From: Euglena gracilis
Taxonomy: Eukaryota
Direction: 5' to 3'
Assembly (NCBI GenBank): GCA_039621445.1
Contig: CP154954.1
Coordinates: forward strand, 33,271,455-33,335,454
DNA: 64,000 nt
Numbering within the stretch: position 1 is the stretch's first letter; the number at the start of each line of letters is the position of its first letter. Positions 1 through 10,100 of the stretch are shown here, piece by piece. The position numbers were made by a program, and so were the translations under genes. The notes beneath the pieces were generated by a model. The model was not told the origin of the DNA. It searched no databases and saw only the letters and a list, made by a program, of their open reading frames with translations.

Positions 1-2145
1 TTCATCAGCACATATTTCCTCCAGGCCTTCCATGCAGTATTCACCGCTCTCTCCATCGCCCTCTTCACTGCCCTCCACCGTTTCTAGTGAAGCGGCAGGG
101 GCTGCTGGCTGTTCCGCTATAGCGGTAGGCACAGTATCTGCTTGCGCAGTGACGCCAGTGGGTGCCCCTGTAGCGGGCTGGGGAGAAGAGGTGGCGACAG
201 AAGATTGGCTCTGCTGGGGTCCCTTAGGGACAAAAGGTCCTGCCGTAGCCGATAGGCTTGATCCCAGGTAACGCCGACCACGCCCGAAGGTGGTTGGTGA
301 TGACTGACCAGGAGTTCCCCGGGGTTTTGGCGTTGCCGATTGCGGCTGAGATGTAACTGATGTTGCCGGTTGCGGCTGAGTTGAGCGTTCTGATGGCGTA
401 ATTTCGGTAGGCGATTGCGGCTTTGGGCGGTGTGCCTTTGGCACATGTCGTTTCCGTAATCGGAAAGTTTTCCATGGCTTCCATTCATATTCAACCATCG
501 TGTGGTTGAAGCGCAGTAGGGGCAGGGCCATGCCTTGATCATTCACTCTGCCGCCTTGGAAAAAGGGCACGAGTAACGCTCTATCGAGCGTATCGCCGAA
601 TCGGCGTTTGACATAATCGTCAATGCTTTACTTCTCGAACCGTGGCCTGATGGGGACAAAGTCCGGGGGAATTTCCCTATCGCGGTTGAGATAAAAATAT
701 ATCTACATGATCTTGTACGTCCAAGCCCTGAACCAGAACCGCTGCAAAAACAGCGGGAGCTGACGATGGTTGCGACTGTAGGTCACTGTAGGTCACTACT
801 AGGTGTAAAGGTACCACTACCAAGTGCCGGGCGGTAAAATTCCCGGGTTGCGGGATCCAATTGGATTATTTTGTAAGGTTCAAAAAGACATCCACAATAA
901 AAATCATGGTGAGCATAAATTCTCCGACAGTGAGCGCATTGGTAGGAGGGTTGGCGCTCGTGGTGCGCGTTTGTGTGGGTGTCAGTGCATAAATTGGTGT
1001 CGGTTGGGGTAGCGGGGGGGGGGGGTACAGGGGTGTCTGAAGTTGACACACCTGGTGGAAAACGTAACAGTTGTGCAGCTGGGCGGCTACTCGACACCGT
1101 AATTACTTCCGGCCTTTTGGGCTTTCGCCTGGGAACCCAGCGCAACGTGCAGGGTTAAGATACTAGCTTCCCCTACTGCGTGGGAAACAAGCAGTAAACG
1201 TGCGGTGGGTAGGGGGGCAGCTTTCTGTTTACCCCTAGGGTAGGAAACATTTTTTTCGGTTGTGGAAAACGGTGTGAAAATGCAGGGGGACGTTCTGGGT
1301 GACGTCATGGGGGACAAGTTTGGGGTGTGGTGTGTGTGCGGGGGGTAGTGCGTAAACCGTGCGAAGGTCAATCCACCACCAATCGGTGTTGCCGTAGGAA
1401 TGGAAAACCCAATATGAAATCTGACAGGCGGTATTCGCCTCGAATGCCCAAGTACCAGAAATTTGGGAATTGTGGTGTGTGTGTGTGTGTGTGTGTGGTG
1501 CTTCAGGATAATGGGAAGAACTATGTCCAAAATGCATTCCAAGTCGCCACCGCACGTGGGGCTATTGTCAGCGGTCATAATTTTGATGGGCTTCTTGGCA
1601 TGAGCCAACAGGGGGGTGGGTATAAGTCCTTTGCGGAAAAGAAGGGGTATTCGACACCATGTGTCGAATAAATTTTTGGCTTGTTCACGGAAATTTTGAG
1701 TATCGATTTTCAGTTGGACCAAAAGTTTAATGGGGGGTACGCAAAGCAAAGGGTCGGGTGTAAAATTGTTGTCGGGCCAACTGTCCCATGACCCTTTGCT
1801 TACTTTGCTCAACATTCTAAGTAAAAATTTGGTGCGGGGAGTGGGGGAATAAAAAAATTTTCCGGGTACCGACCAGAAAGACGGATGGGCAGGGGCTACA
1901 GGGGTGATCAGTTCCTCCTCCATCTGTTCGTCAGCCCAGAGGTCCGTGCCATCAGACCTCGGGCTGGAGTTGGCTGATCCTAATTCTGCCCTTCGACCTC
2001 AAGGAGAAAGAGTTTTACTGCTACGAGTTCAAGTGGAATTGCTTTTCGAGGAGTACTACCTTCCCGAGAACCAATACTTTTACCAACTGGTGGACCGAAC
2101 TTTCTTCGGAACTTCAACTTCCTGAAGGAAGAATTCAACGCCTCG
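1..2145 (-). pseudogene. Decayed LTR-retrotransposon gag-pol fragment including a retropepsin-like aspartic protease; runs off the left edge
   Basis: Minus strand reads AKNLFDTWCRIPLL...IKIMTADNS (a degenerate D-T-G-like active-site motif). After a frameshift at the (CA)n tract ~1475-1495 it reads SDFILGFPFLRQHRLVVD, the typical retropepsin C-terminal ILGxxFL motif. In-frame stops upstream and downstream. One frame is open from 627 to the window edge (S/P/Q/E-rich). Right boundary approximate. Confidence 0.6.
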
Positions 2146-2211
2146 AGTTCAACTGGAACAAGAAATTCAAAGAACAGAAACACAGATATCAACAAAGGAC
2201 TTCCATGAAGA

Positions 2212-5200
2212 ATGAATTTCAAAGAAACTCTGAATTTCAAGAAGAACTGCAAAGAACTTCCAAGAAGTCAACTGAAGCTGGGGAAGGTGAAGTCACAGCA
2301 GCAGCTGCAGAAGGAGATGAGGCGGCAGCAGCACGTCAGTCCGTGGCCATCGCAACCCCCCCACCCCCCAGCAAATCAAAGATTTCAGACTCCCCCACTC
2401 AAAATGATGGCCATGGACCATGGACAACTGTGGTCAGGAAGAGACACAGGGAGACTACCATCACAGGTCCAACAGACTCCACCCCTTTTTCTCAGTTCCT
2501 CCCCTTCCAGGGGAAGAAGCAAAGGCTATGGCAGCCTCTCAAGGGAGATCAGAAATCCAAAGGATTCAAATCGAAATCAAGGCTATGGCAGCCATCATTC
2601 AACAGGGCCTGGGGCCCAGAATCAAGGCTCTGGCAGCCATTATTCAAGAGGGCAGTGGGCCCAGGGGCAAGGCTATGGCAGCCAGTACCCCAGCCTGGAG
2701 AGATCCCATTGGGAAAAGGTATGTCCAACTTTTCCCCCAGCAATTTCAGACACAAACCTCCCAGGAGCAGCAAGCCAATGCCAAACACAGGCCATGGTGG
2801 CCTATACTGGGAACCCAGAAGGACAGAGAAGAGAAAGTCCTGGAAAGAAGGCCAATGGAGGCCAAGCAGGCCTGTGTGCCACTGGCAGCCAGATGGAGGC
2901 AAATGGACAGAGAAGTCCTGGAGAAAAGGCCAATGGGGGCCAAGCAGGCCTGAGTGCCTCTGGAGGCCCAAGGGCCCTGAAGGCAAGTGGTGGCCAAAAC
3001 CATCAAGACCACATCAGCCCTTGGGGGGGAGGCCCAAGATTGGCTCAGGCAGGCCCCCCCCAGAAGATAATCAGCCCAGCATTATATGTACCACCCCACC
3101 ACAGACCTTCCCCCATCATTCCAAAACAGGGGGAAAGCCTGTCTTTGGAAAGCCCTATGGCAGGGCCAGCTGCAGCCCCAGTGATGGGGCACCCAGAGGG
3201 GCCCCCAGTGATGGGGCAGCCCAGGGGAAGGACCCCTGTGATGGGGCCTGTGGAATCCCCAGATACATTACACCCAGGGGTGCCCCCCTACAAGGCCCTG
3301 CAGGCCAGTATCCCCCATTGGGTCAAGGCAGGAGCCAGCAGAGAGGTATTAAACCTGATAAGGGAAGGGGTTATGGCAGATCTCCCCCTCCCCCCTCAGA
3401 TGTCATTAAAAGTTCCCTTCAAGACACCCCAAGAAATAATGACTGCCCGAAAAATTCTGAGGGAATACGAATGTGCAGGGGCAACCAGGCAAATCCCCCC
3501 AGAGGAGGCAAAACATTTTGTCCCTTATTTCATCCTTTCCAAAAAAGAGGGGGAAAAGACAAAAGAAAGATTAATCTCAGATTGTCGACAGTTAAATCTC
3601 CACTTCACCCCCCAGAAGTTCAGACTGGAACACATGGGAAACATTTTCCCATACCTAAGAAAAGGATGGTTCTGTGGAAAAATAGATCTGAAAGATGCTT
3701 ATTTTCACCTAAAACTGCACAGCAGCCTGGAAAAACATGTCTGCATGCAAGTGGGGGGGGGGAAACTTGGCAGTTTCAAGCTGCATTTTTGGCATCAGCA
3801 GCCTGCCACAAAAGTTTATGACTCTCATGAGAGTCTGGGAAAGGAAGTGGAGAAAGGAGGGAAAGGTAGTTTTCATCTACCTAGACGACATTTTGCTGTT
3901 AGCCCCCAGCAAAAAGACTGCAGCCCAACATTTGGCAGAAATAAAGCAGGACCTTTTATTGGCAGGTTTCGGATTAAACCTCCCCAAATCCTGTCTGGAA
4001 CCCACACAGGAGATAAAACATTTGGGCCAGTGGGTCAATTTGAAAAAGGGCCAGCTGGAAATCCCACAGGAAAAACTAAAATCCTTAAGAAAGGAGCTGG
4101 GAAAAGTGCTCACAGCACAAAAAATGAGCTGCAGAAAACTCAGCTCTATTGTGGGGCAGGTCAGAAGCTATTTAGTTTCCATGCCATTTCTCAGAATTCT
4201 GACAGATCAACTTTGCAAAATGGTGGATTTACACACAAAGTGGGGTTGGGACCACACCCTGACCATTCCCCAGGGGGTCAAAGATCAAATTGTGGAGTTA
4301 AAAGCGTTTTTGCAGCCAGGTGTGGGCAGAGCCTTTCAATCCCAGGCCTCTCAGGATCTGTTTTCAGACAGCAGCACCTGGCAGTGGGGGGGGCTGGACA
4401 AAAACTCAGGCCAAAAAGTGCAGGATTTTTGGAGGGACCTGCACATCCTTCACATCAACCAAAAAGAATTGATGTCAGCAGTGGAGACAGTAAAAAGTCT
4501 GGCAAAGCCAAAACAAACCATAATGCTTCATGTGGACAGCCAAGTGGCTGTAAGTTATCTAACAAAATGGGGAGGCAAAAAGCCCTACCTAAATTCCATT
4601 TTAAAACCCCTGCTGTATCATTGCCTAGAAAAGCAAATCAATTTGCAGGTGGTTTGGGTTCCCACAAAAGAGCAATTGGCAGACTCCCTGACCAGGGAGC
4701 AAAAGGACCCAGGGGATTATACCCAAAACCTACATCTCTTTCACCAAATTCTGAAATTTTTCAGACAGGACATTACCCCAGAGGAGGACATGTTTTGCAC
4801 ACCCAGCAACAAAAAATTCCCCAAGTTTGTTTGTCGGTACCCCCACCAAGGGGCTTTGCTGGTGGATGCCTTGAAGGCAGATTTGAGGGGGCTCCCCCCA
4901 GTTTATGCAAACCCCCCCTGGAGCATCATTCCCCAATGGGTTCAGAGATTAATGGTAAACCCAGACCTGACTTGTCTGTTGATCGTACCCCACTGGGCTT
5001 CAACATCATGGTGGCGCCAATTAATGGCAATCAGAAAGCCAGGCAGCAAAGTTTTGTTGGTACCCCCCCAATGGGGTCTATTCACCAACTGCTGGGGGGA
5101 GGAGATGCCCCCCCCAAGGTGGAAATTGGCCTGCTTGATTGTGTCAGGCAAATATTACAATCCCAGGAAGTTTCGATGTCCAGTATCGACACTTACATAA
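2212..5200 (+). CDS. DIRS pol: low-complexity N-terminus, reverse transcriptase, RNase H, DNA-methyltransferase-like domain (frameshift at G-run ~3762-3772)
   Basis: The 2212 frame gives KERLISDCRQLN...KIDLKDAYFHL. The 3737 frame continues FGISSLPQKF...FIYLDDILL, RNase H LFSDSS..WGG...HINQKEL...VDSQVAV...LADSLTR, then DMFCT.SNKK.PKF...DAL...YANPPW...LIVPHW. Confidence 0.9.
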
Positions 5201-5300
5201 AAAATCTGGGAAATGTCAAGAGATATGATTCAGCCTTCAGGACATTGGTGGGCCAATTGTCGCACAAAGGGGTGCCCTGCAGGACTGCACAGTCCACAAG

Positions 5301-6413
5301 ATGGCCGAGGCCATCCTTGATTTGGCTGCCCACAGCCTCAACACTGCACGCAATGCATATGCAGCAGTTTTATTACTCCCAGGGTTTGGGTCATTGAGGT
5401 TTTCCCCTCTTTTGTCTCCATTGAAAAGGAAATGGAATTCCAATGTCTGCAAGTATGCCCATTTCTGGGACCCTACTGATTTTCTAAACAACATCATCAA
5501 ACAATCAAGACCCCTCTCAGAACTCTCTGTGAAAGAGCTCAGAAACAGACTCATCATTTGTTGGAGGCTTTTGGCCCTCCACAGGGGGGTTGATTTAGCC
5601 AGGACACAGCGAAAAATCAGTTTCGTGGGAGAAAAAAATTATATTTTATTGCAAAGAAAAGGGTGGCAATTCCCAAGATGGGAGGAAGTTTTGAATTTAC
5701 CACACACCCCCCTCATCAGCCCCTGGCACCTATTGAAAGAGTATGTGGAAAGGACAGCCCACATGGTTGGGCACAAAAATAATTTGTTATGGTCTTTGGA
5801 TGGTAAACGACCTTTGACATCAGAAAGAGTGAATTCCCTTACCAAAGAAATTCTGCAAGAGGGGGGGGTGGACACCACCCACTGGAAACCCCACAGCACC
5901 AGAGGGGCTGGGGTTTTATGGTGGAAAAATGCGGGTTTACAAGTGGAAGAAGTCCAGCAGCTGGGTCAGTGGAAAAATTTTGGGGCCTTCCAAGCTCACT
6001 ATTTGCGACTGGGTGTCGTTTCAAAAATTCAAAATATTATGGCCCAAAGGGGGGTGCACAGTACCTCACCATCTCGCAGTGCGGAGCCCGAATGGTCTCG
6101 GACTCCCACGACAGAGGAAGGGGGAGGAAGGGACCAAGAGGGCGAAGCACAAGAAGATGGTGAGCCCAACCCCCCCACCCAAAAAATCAGCGGAAAAAGA
6201 AAAACATCCCAACCAGAAAGGGGACCCCCGACCAAGCAGCCCCAACCACCCACCCGGAAAAACACCAGAAAGAGACCACCATCCCCATCGAGGGGGGGGC
6301 CCCCCAGCAAGCAACCATGCGTGAGGGGGGGGGCGGGGCCACGACGGTTCCACTTCGCCAAGGTGTCGGACGAGGCCTCATCTTCGCCAACTCCGGCAAC
6401 AAAGGCGCAGTAA
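5301..6413 (+). CDS. DIRS tyrosine recombinase; N-terminal part lies in the 2212 frame upstream of a frameshift near 5270-5280
   Basis: Catalytic pattern: LHRGVDL (R), PHSTRG (HxxR), LGQWK...FQAHY (W...Y). Confidence 0.9.
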   Translation: MAEAILDLAAHSLNTARNAYAAVLLLPGFGSLRFSPLLSPLKRKWNSNVCKYAHFWDPTDFLNNIIKQSRPLSELSVKELRNRLIICWRLLALHRGVDLARTQRKISFVGEKNYILLQRKGWQFPRWEEVLNLPHTPLISPWHLLKEYVERTAHMVGHKNNLLWSLDGKRPLTSERVNSLTKEILQEGGVDTTHWKPHSTRGAGVLWWKNAGLQVEEVQQLGQWKNFGAFQAHYLRLGVVSKIQNIMAQRGVHSTSPSRSAEPEWSRTPTTEEGGGRDQEGEAQEDGEPNPPTQKISGKRKTSQPERGPPTKQPQPPTRKNTRKRPPSPSRGGPPSKQPCVRGGAGPRRFHFAKVSDEASSSPTPATKAQ

Positions 6414-6681
6414 GAAGCACCCCCCGCGCACGCACAAACACACCAGAACAGAACAGCCGGCAAGGAAAGCAGGACCTCACCATCTTCTTGTGCTTCGCCC
6501 TCTTGGTCCCTTCCTCCCCCTTCCTCTGTCGTGGGAGTCCGAAAATGGCAAAGTGCGGAGTTCGAGGTGTCTGGACAGGGGACCCCTCCGCAAACTCCGG
6601 CAACAAACGCGCGGTAAGAAAGACCACTCACCATCTTCTTGCGCCTCGCCCTCTTGGTCCCTTCCCGTGCCGTGGGAGTCC
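6098..6681. repeat. DIRS 3' terminal repeats: 67-bp perfect inverted pair (6098-6164 / 6476-6542), a diverged second inverted copy (6627-6681) and a direct repeat (~6390-6416 / ~6593-6620)
   Basis: tcggactcccacgacagagg...agatggtgag versus ctcaccatct...gtgggagtccga; aactccggcaacaaa.gcgc.gtaagaa occurs twice. Confidence 0.9.
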
Positions 6682-7170
6682 GGGACCCCGCCAAAAAACA
6701 ACCAATCTCTGAAAACCCTAGTGTCCTCATCATCATTGGATGAATACCCACACCTGATCACCCAAAGCTTTTTTTGAATATCGACAAAATGCTTCCAAAA
6801 GTGTAAAAAAAAAGTGGGAAAATGGGAAAAATGCGCAAAAAATTTCTTTCAAAAAGGGTCAGAACAGAGCACAAATCAAACAACATAACTCAGCGTCAAT
6901 ACAACATTGATCAAAGAGCAATTTGATAATATACAATCAAAATCAAAAAAGCCAAAATGAAACTGCAACATGTAAAAAAAGCCAGAAATTCTTAAAAATG
7001 CAAAAAAAATGCGCGAAAAAAATCGAAAAAATGCGAAAAAATGCGCATTTCCCAAAAATTCGGAAAATGCGCAAAAAATGCGCAAAAATTCGAAACACAT
7101 TTCCTCCCCCCTGCCAGTGCAGCGGATCGTTTTGGACCGGAGATCGTTTTGGACCGGGGAAACGCTGGCA

Positions 7171-10100
7171 GTGGAACGGGGGCGAGATGGGGTAGGGCCG
7201 CGGTGCGGCGTAGACCAGGCTGTGCAGGGCGGGGCTGCCGGCGCCGAACAGCTCCAGCCCCTCCTCCTCGCTGCGCAGGTGGGGCAGGCTCCCCCGGCGG
7301 CGGGCAAAGCGGTCCTGCGAGGGGCGGGCAAACAGGGCAGTCCAGAAATGAAGCAAAAAGACCTGGGTGAGCTCCGGGCGCTGGAAATTCTTTGGGAATG
7401 CTCCAAGACGGCTCAATATTGGGGGGGGGCACAGGCAATTTGAAAATTATTGGCCTTTTCCTTGCACAATAATCCGGGAAAAAAAACTGATTTTCTAGGC
7501 TTTGCCATGGCAGCTGGATTGGGGATCTGAATTGGTTTGAGTTGAATTGGTTTGAGGGACACCTGTGGAGGTCATCTAGCACCTATGGTCATCCAGAGTC
7601 CCAGGCCCAATCGTGCCCAGTCAAGCCCAGCACGCCAACAGAGATCCCAACCATCCCAACTTTGAGGGAGGCTGTTTGGCCATTTGTTGTTTGGCCACAT
7701 TTTGGCGTTCTTTGCCCACTTTTTGCCCACTTTGGGCTGCTTCAACTTCTGGCTGTCACGACACCCTAACACTAACCCTGGCCGCTTTTTTGCTGCGCTT
7801 TGGCCATCTGTGCCAACGTTCAGATACTTTTTGCTGCTTTTGAGAATTCTTGGCCAATTTCGCCAACGTTTGGCCACTGTTTGCTTTTGACTGCTTTTAG
7901 CAGCTTTCTGAAGCCTTTTGAGGACACTCTAGCCAACTCTTTTCGCCAAAGTGGCCAAAAGAAGCTAAAAAACTTAGGCGGCAGTAATGGCACTTAAGGG
8001 TTTTCGGGCCCGAAAACCGGATCGTCCGCGGTTTTGGGACCGGCTGTGGTCAAAACCCCCACTGGGAACGACATGAGCCGAACGAAAGACGCGATGGGGC
8101 GCACCTGCGCCCGTGAGGACACGTCCGGCGCGCGCACCTGCGCTTGAGCAGACCCCAAAATCAGGCGCAGGTGCGCACGACGGATCAGTAAGATCAAGCG
8201 CAGGTGCGCGCGATCCTACCGTGAGATCGTGGCAGGTGCCTGTGTGCTGGGGCCCCGGAATGAGTGGCGGCAGGGAGGGGACACACTCTGTTTTGAGGGC
8301 AACGCCTGCAGAACCCACCGATCGCTGCAGGACCGAAAGTCGGTCACCGGAGGACTCCGGAACCCCATCAGGCACACAGGGGCTGCAAGCCCACCGCCGC
8401 CGTGTTGGATACCCCCGAGCCAGATGGGCCCACACCCAGCACCGAACCGCGCGCACCTGCGCACGGGGACACACACACTTCGGGCGCAGGTGTGTCCAAT
8501 TGAGGTGTGGACGAGGGACCCCGTGGCGTGGGTTCAACGGCCAGGCCAGAGGGGCGAAGCATCCCGAAAGTGTCGTGCCCATGTGCGCGCGTTGGGGACC
8601 CCCCCTGGTTGTTGCCCACGGCGGCCACTGTTTGAAACCCGTGGCCGCACACACACAAAGGAACGTTCAGGGAGCGGGTGTGTCCCCCTTGGGCCGTGCA
8701 CGCGTGCGTGAGGGACGTGCGAACACTCGGTGTGGGTGGTACAGCCAGGTGAACACGTCCGCCACCAACGCCCGACTGCCTCAACGGTGGTCCGGTGCTC
8801 GCATTTGCGCTCTGACGACGTACGCTGCCATCACGGACCCCGAGACGTGGTCCGAGGGTGACAAGGCAGGGCCGAAGGAACCGTGTCCTCAAGCGCAGGT
8901 GCGCACCAGGATGCCCCACAACCGGCGCTGCGAGACCCAGTCCTTCATCACAATCACACTGTGATAAATTCCCTTCCCTTCTCAACAACTAACAAACCTC
9001 CCCAACTGGCGGTCAGCAATCCAAGCCATCTCCTTCACAATGCGTTCGGTTCAACGAGATTCACATCCATCCTCTGGCCCCAAAACGCAATGAGCAAACA
9101 CAACTGGCGTATGTACTTTCCTTTCCCTTTATAACAACTTACATTGATTGTAATACGATTTCAATAAGATTGCAACCTTTTACAATTGACATCTCAACAA
9201 TTTACAATTTGGTGCAGTGGAGATGCATTGCCAAAACTGGTTCCCGCTTGCCCTTCCCTGTGTCAATTGCCTTCCGTCCGTCCCTCGCATTCATGTCCCC
9301 TGCAGTTCAAATTCTCAAACAAATCAAAATGCACACTAATTCCAGTTCCCGCCCCTGTGTATGTCAATCCGCAAACCATTCCCCACCTTGCGGAGATGAT
9401 CAGCCCGCTGCTGCCAGCGCAGAGTGGCACACTTGTGGGGGTCATCCAATCGAGCCGATGGGTGTCATTGCAAAGCTCCGGATCAATATCAAAATGGTTA
9501 ATCCTCCCCTCCAAGCTGCCTTCTGTCAGAAACTCACAATCCCCAATTTTGTTGTCCTTTTGACCACTGCAGGGATTTTTTTCCAAAAAAACCTCGGACC
9601 ATTCAATTCTCAACCTCTGCTTGCCTGGATGGGCCAAGGCTGTGGTTGGGTGTCTGAACCAGGCAACACCAGATGAGTGGGTTCGACTCACTCAACCCAC
9701 CACAGCACCACACAACCGCCTCATCCAAAAGAGGGTTCTTGCCTGAAGGAATAAAAAGCGTCTCTGCAATTGCATTCAATCACGCACAAATCTCAGCTGC
9801 TTGCGGCCCCTCTTGGAATGAAATCCAAATGAGGGAATATGAGCAACTTGACCGCTGACGGTACACACAACCAAGCAGGAGGTAAAAACCCAGGCTGCAT
9901 GTGGGGGGGTTTGGGGAGCTGTTGGGATCGTCAGGGGGTTATTCTTTTAGGGTGCCTTGAAGGTCCTTGGGAACCCTTAAAAAATCATTCTGGAAAATTT
10001 TCGAAATTCTTCACATGCTTTTGCAATATCTCAGCAAAAACAGGCCAATCCTGGGGGAAAAAACGATTTCGGGCATCCCTGGAACATCCACCATCAACCC

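Larger units (their letters stand above)
2150..6700 (+). mobile_element. DIRS-type tyrosine-recombinase retrotransposon, apparently 5'-truncated
   Basis: RT (YLDD), RNase H, a methyltransferase-like domain and a tyrosine recombinase in overlapping frames, followed by inverted and direct terminal repeats at 6063-6681. Boundaries approximate. Confidence 0.9.

Noticed and set aside
1902-6763. 10-bp inverted match GGGTGATCAG / CTGATCACCC as DIRS terminal repeats
   Set aside because: The left copy lies inside the continuous minus-strand retroelement reading frame and the match does not extend, so it is probably chance.
9465-9484. Resemblance of CATTGCAAAGCTCCGGAT to U1 snRNA loop II
   Set aside because: There is no ACTTACCT 5' end and no Sm site at a suitable spacing.
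9640-9700. tRNA-like sequence (GGTTCGACTC...ACCA)
   Set aside because: No cloverleaf can be built. The anticodon arm and a proper 7-nt T-loop stem are missing.
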